Of a DNA stretch of 64,000 bases, positions 61,350-64,000 are shown piece by piece; the stretch's first letter is position 1; every line of letters begins with the position of its first letter. Made by a program: the position numbers and the translations under genes. The DNA lies in the NCBI GenBank assembly GCA_963663545.1, contig OY760505.1:2240001-2304000 (forward strand). Reading direction: 5' to 3'. The notes under the pieces were generated by a model, which saw only the letters and a list, made by a program, of their open reading frames with translations, had not been told where the DNA came from and did no database searches. Source of the DNA: Candidatus Delongbacteria bacterium (GTDB lineage: Bacteria > CAIWAD01).

Positions 61350-62042
61350 ATGGCTCTCCTTGGCATCATCGGCGGCATTGCGCCCGAATCCACCATTGCC
61401 TACTACCGGCAGCTCGTCGCCGCTTTTCTGGCAGAGAAGGGCGATGGCAACTACCCGTCCATGCTGATCAACAGCATCAACATGAAGCGCATGCTGGACC
61501 TGGTAGCCGCGCGGGAGTTCGACGCTCTTGTCGCTTTCCTCCTGAACGAAGTGGAGAAGCTTGCGCGTGCAGGCGCCGATTTCGCTCTGCTGGCTTCCAA
61601 TACGCCGCACATCGTTTTTCCATCGTTGGCTGCGCGGTCTCCCTTACCCATGCTCAGTATTGTGGAATCGCTTGCAGACCATGCCAGGGAGCGCGGCATC
61701 GGCCGCCTCGGCCTCTTCGGCACGAAGTTCACCATGCAGGGTGGCTTCTACGAAAAGGCGCTTGCTTCTCAGGGTGTCGAGCTGACCCTTCCTGAGCCGG
61801 ACATGCAGGATGTGATACACGATATCTATATGAGAGAACTGGTGCGGGGTATTTTCCGTGATACATCGCGCGCCGAACTTATGCGCATTGTGATGGAGAT
61901 GCGGGAGCGTTCGGGCATCGAGGCGCTGGTGCTGGGCGGAACAGAGCTACCACTGCTTCTGCGCCCGCAGGACGAGGCCGGTCTTCCCTTTCTGGACACC
62001 ACGGCCATTCACGTTCAGGCCGCTCTGGCGAAGATGCTGTAG
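61350..62042 (+). CDS. Aspartate/amino-acid racemase family (non-Cys active site)
   Basis: GIIGG.APEST..YY, ASNTPH, GTKFTM, LGGTEL. Confidence 0.85.
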   Translation: MALLGIIGGIAPESTIAYYRQLVAAFLAEKGDGNYPSMLINSINMKRMLDLVAAREFDALVAFLLNEVEKLARAGADFALLASNTPHIVFPSLAARSPLPMLSIVESLADHARERGIGRLGLFGTKFTMQGGFYEKALASQGVELTLPEPDMQDVIHDIYMRELVRGIFRDTSRAELMRIVMEMRERSGIEALVLGGTELPLLLRPQDEAGLPFLDTTAIHVQAALAKML

Positions 62043-62056
62043 CACGGGCATGTGTG

Positions 62057-64000
62057 TCACAAATTGCCGTCCAGCACGCTGCGCACCTTAGCCGCCAGCG
62101 CGCTTGAATTGAAGGGCTTCTGCAGAAAATTCACTCCTTCCTGCAGAATTCCCTTGGTGGCGATCACATTGGCCGTGTAGCCCGAAATGTAGAGCTGCCG
62201 CATGCCGGGGTGAAGACGATGCAGGCGTTCGGTCAGCTCGCGCCCATTCATCCCCGGCATCACCACATCCGAGATCAGTAGATCAATGTGGCTTTCAAGA
62301 TCGCCGGCCAGTTCCAATGCCTGATCCGGGCTCTTCGCAGCATGTACCACGTAGCCTAGCCGTTTCAGCGCCAGGCTGCCGAAGCGCAGAACGGCGGTTT
62401 CGTCCTCGACAAAAAGGATCACCTCACTTTTTCCCCGCGCGGGAACTTGTTGTTTGACCTCAACCTGCTGCGCTTCTTCAGCGTGCCTTGGCAGGTAGAT
62501 TTTGAAGGTTGTGCCCAGTCCCGGTTCGGAATAGACGTTGATGAAGCCTTCGTTCTGCTTGACAATGCCATAGACGGTGGCCAGTCCCAGTCCCGTTCCT
62601 TCTCCCTGTGCTTTGGTGGTGTAGAAGGGCTCGAATATGGTGTCCAGCTTGTCCTTCTCAATGCCGCAGCCGTTGTCGCTGAAACAGATGGCGACGTAAT
62701 CGCCGGGCACGACCTCGAATTTGTAGCCTGCAAAGGTATCGTCAAGGCTGACATTTTCGATTTCGATGCTGATCTCTCCATTTCCGCTAAGGGCGTCTCT
62801 GGAGTTCACCGCCAGGTTTGTGATGATCTGGTCAAGCTGCACCGGGTCCAGTTTGATGTTCCAGGCGCGCTCATCTGGATGCCACTTCACCTCAATATCT
62901 TCGCCAATCAGGCGCTTGACCATCTTGATGATAGTGGAGATCCTGTCGTTCAGGTTGATTACTTGCGGGGCCACTGTCTGCTTGCGCGCAAAGGCCAGCA
63001 ACTGGCAGGTCAGTGCGGCAGAGCGTTCAGCGGCGCTTCTGATCTCATCCAGAAATGCCCGCGTGTCCGACGAAAGGCTGCTGTCTTCGGCGGCAAACTC
63101 TGCATTGCCAATGATTGCCTGCAGCATGTTGTTGAAATCGTGCGCGACACCGCCGGCCAGACGACCGACCGATTCCATTTTCTGCGATTGCACTAGCTGG
63201 TCGGAGATACGGCGCTTTTCTTCCTCAGCTGTTTTGCGCCTTGTGATGTCGTTGACGGTTACTACCAGATGATCTGGAATGAAGGTGGCGTGCATCTCGC
63301 AGATAATGCTGGAGCCATCCTGGCAGGACATGCAGTACTCACCGGTGTTGACGGAGGTCCCACTGAGCCGCGCGTGATCCAAAGCCTCTTCCCACTGTCG
63401 AAGGGTTTTCTTCCTGCAGCCGGGATCAGGGAACGCTAGGGGTAGCCATTGCTGAAAGGTCTCCGCCTTGTAGCCGAACAGATGCAGCGCGGCCTGGCTC
63501 CAGTACTCGATGCTGGTGCACTTGCCGTCCAACAGTATCACCGGAAAAGGCGTGGAGTCCAGCACCGCCAGCAGTTTCTGACGGCTTTCCTGCAGGCGCT
63601 GGTTGCCGGAGTTGATGGTCTGCATCAGCTCGTTGAAGGTTCGATAGAGCAGGCCGAATTCGTTGGTGTATTCGCTTTCGATCTGTGCCAGATAATCGCC
63701 GGTTTCGATCACCAGCTTCATTTCTTCCAGCAAACCGTCGACAGGTTTGGTGATCACGCGCTGCATGTGATACGCGATGATCAGGCTTAGTATCACAAGC
63801 AGCAGGAAGGCACCGCTGAACAGGACGGCTGTCCAGAAAGTGCGCGCCCTCAATCGCTCTAGCGAATAGGCCACAACAACGCTGCCATACTCAACATTTT
63901 CGTGTGATACGCTAGAACGAATGTAGATGCTTCCATGTGATACGGGCCAGGGCTTGGACGAAAAACGCCAGACGTCGAGCTCGCTCGCTTCGCCGAAATG
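62057..64000 (-). CDS. Hybrid sensor histidine kinase (TM-HAMP-PAS-HisKA-HATPase-REC), 5'-truncated by the window
   Basis: GGVAHDFNNML, NLAVNSRDA, DNGCG, FEPFYTTK, GTGLGL, SDVVMP; the frame stays open to the window end. Confidence 0.93.
   Translation of the reverse strand, partial: HFGEASELDVWRFSSKPWPVSHGSIYIRSSVSHENVEYGSVVVAYSLERLRARTFWTAVLFSGAFLLLVILSLIIAYHMQRVITKPVDGLLEEMKLVIETGDYLAQIESEYTNEFGLLYRTFNELMQTINSGNQRLQESRQKLLAVLDSTPFPVILLDGKCTSIEYWSQAALHLFGYKAETFQQWLPLAFPDPGCRKKTLRQWEEALDHARLSGTSVNTGEYCMSCQDGSSIICEMHATFIPDHLVVTVNDITRRKTAEEEKRRISDQLVQSQKMESVGRLAGGVAHDFNNMLQAIIGNAEFAAEDSSLSSDTRAFLDEIRSAAERSAALTCQLLAFARKQTVAPQVINLNDRISTIIKMVKRLIGEDIEVKWHPDERAWNIKLDPVQLDQIITNLAVNSRDALSGNGEISIEIENVSLDDTFAGYKFEVVPGDYVAICFSDNGCGIEKDKLDTIFEPFYTTKAQGEGTGLGLATVYGIVKQNEGFINVYSEPGLGTTFKIYLPRHAEEAQQVEVKQQVPARGKSEVILFVEDETAVLRFGSLALKRLGYVVHAAKSPDQALELAGDLESHIDLLISDVVMPGMNGRELTERLHRLHPGMRQLYISGYTANVIATKGILQEGVNFLQKPFNSSALAAKVRSVLDGNL

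Overview
Chromosomal window from a moderately GC-rich bacterium. Proteins with T9SS-like 'PNPFNP' C-terminal domains and two PorV-like genes suggest an FCB-group lineage (inference). The core genes are mpl, a polyprenyl synthase, PTS IIC/IID/HPr/EI, tRNA-Thr(CGT), secA, rocD, a lone flagellin, tnaA, fbp, ppdK, LPS/EPS glycosyltransferases, rlmN, murE-murD-murI, a GntR/ABC operon, an amino-acid racemase and a hybrid histidine kinase. An accessory island at about 12.1-23.8 kb carries a large secreted glycosidase-like gene, an IS3 remnant and an integrase-less integron array. The array has an attI-like site and 4 attC sites, one of them 306 bp long. Its cassettes look defence-related: AbiTii, DUF4365-TPR, NDT/TIR-like plus PLD-like, GNAT, and TIGR02391/HEPN. 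Features missed by the ORF track: (1) a secreted UxxC thioredoxin-fold selenoprotein gene (48075-49856) with a SECIS-like hairpin and a T9SS-like tail; (2) a highly over-represented GTGATAC/GTATCAC motif (about 100 copies by eye), almost absent from the island; (3) a NYN-Zn-CSD gene followed by a duplicated, covarying hairpin unit; (4) apparent pseudo-enzymes (PdxJ-like, WcaJ-like) and a PPDK with a histone-H1-like tail. All family calls come from motif recognition by eye; no database searches were run.
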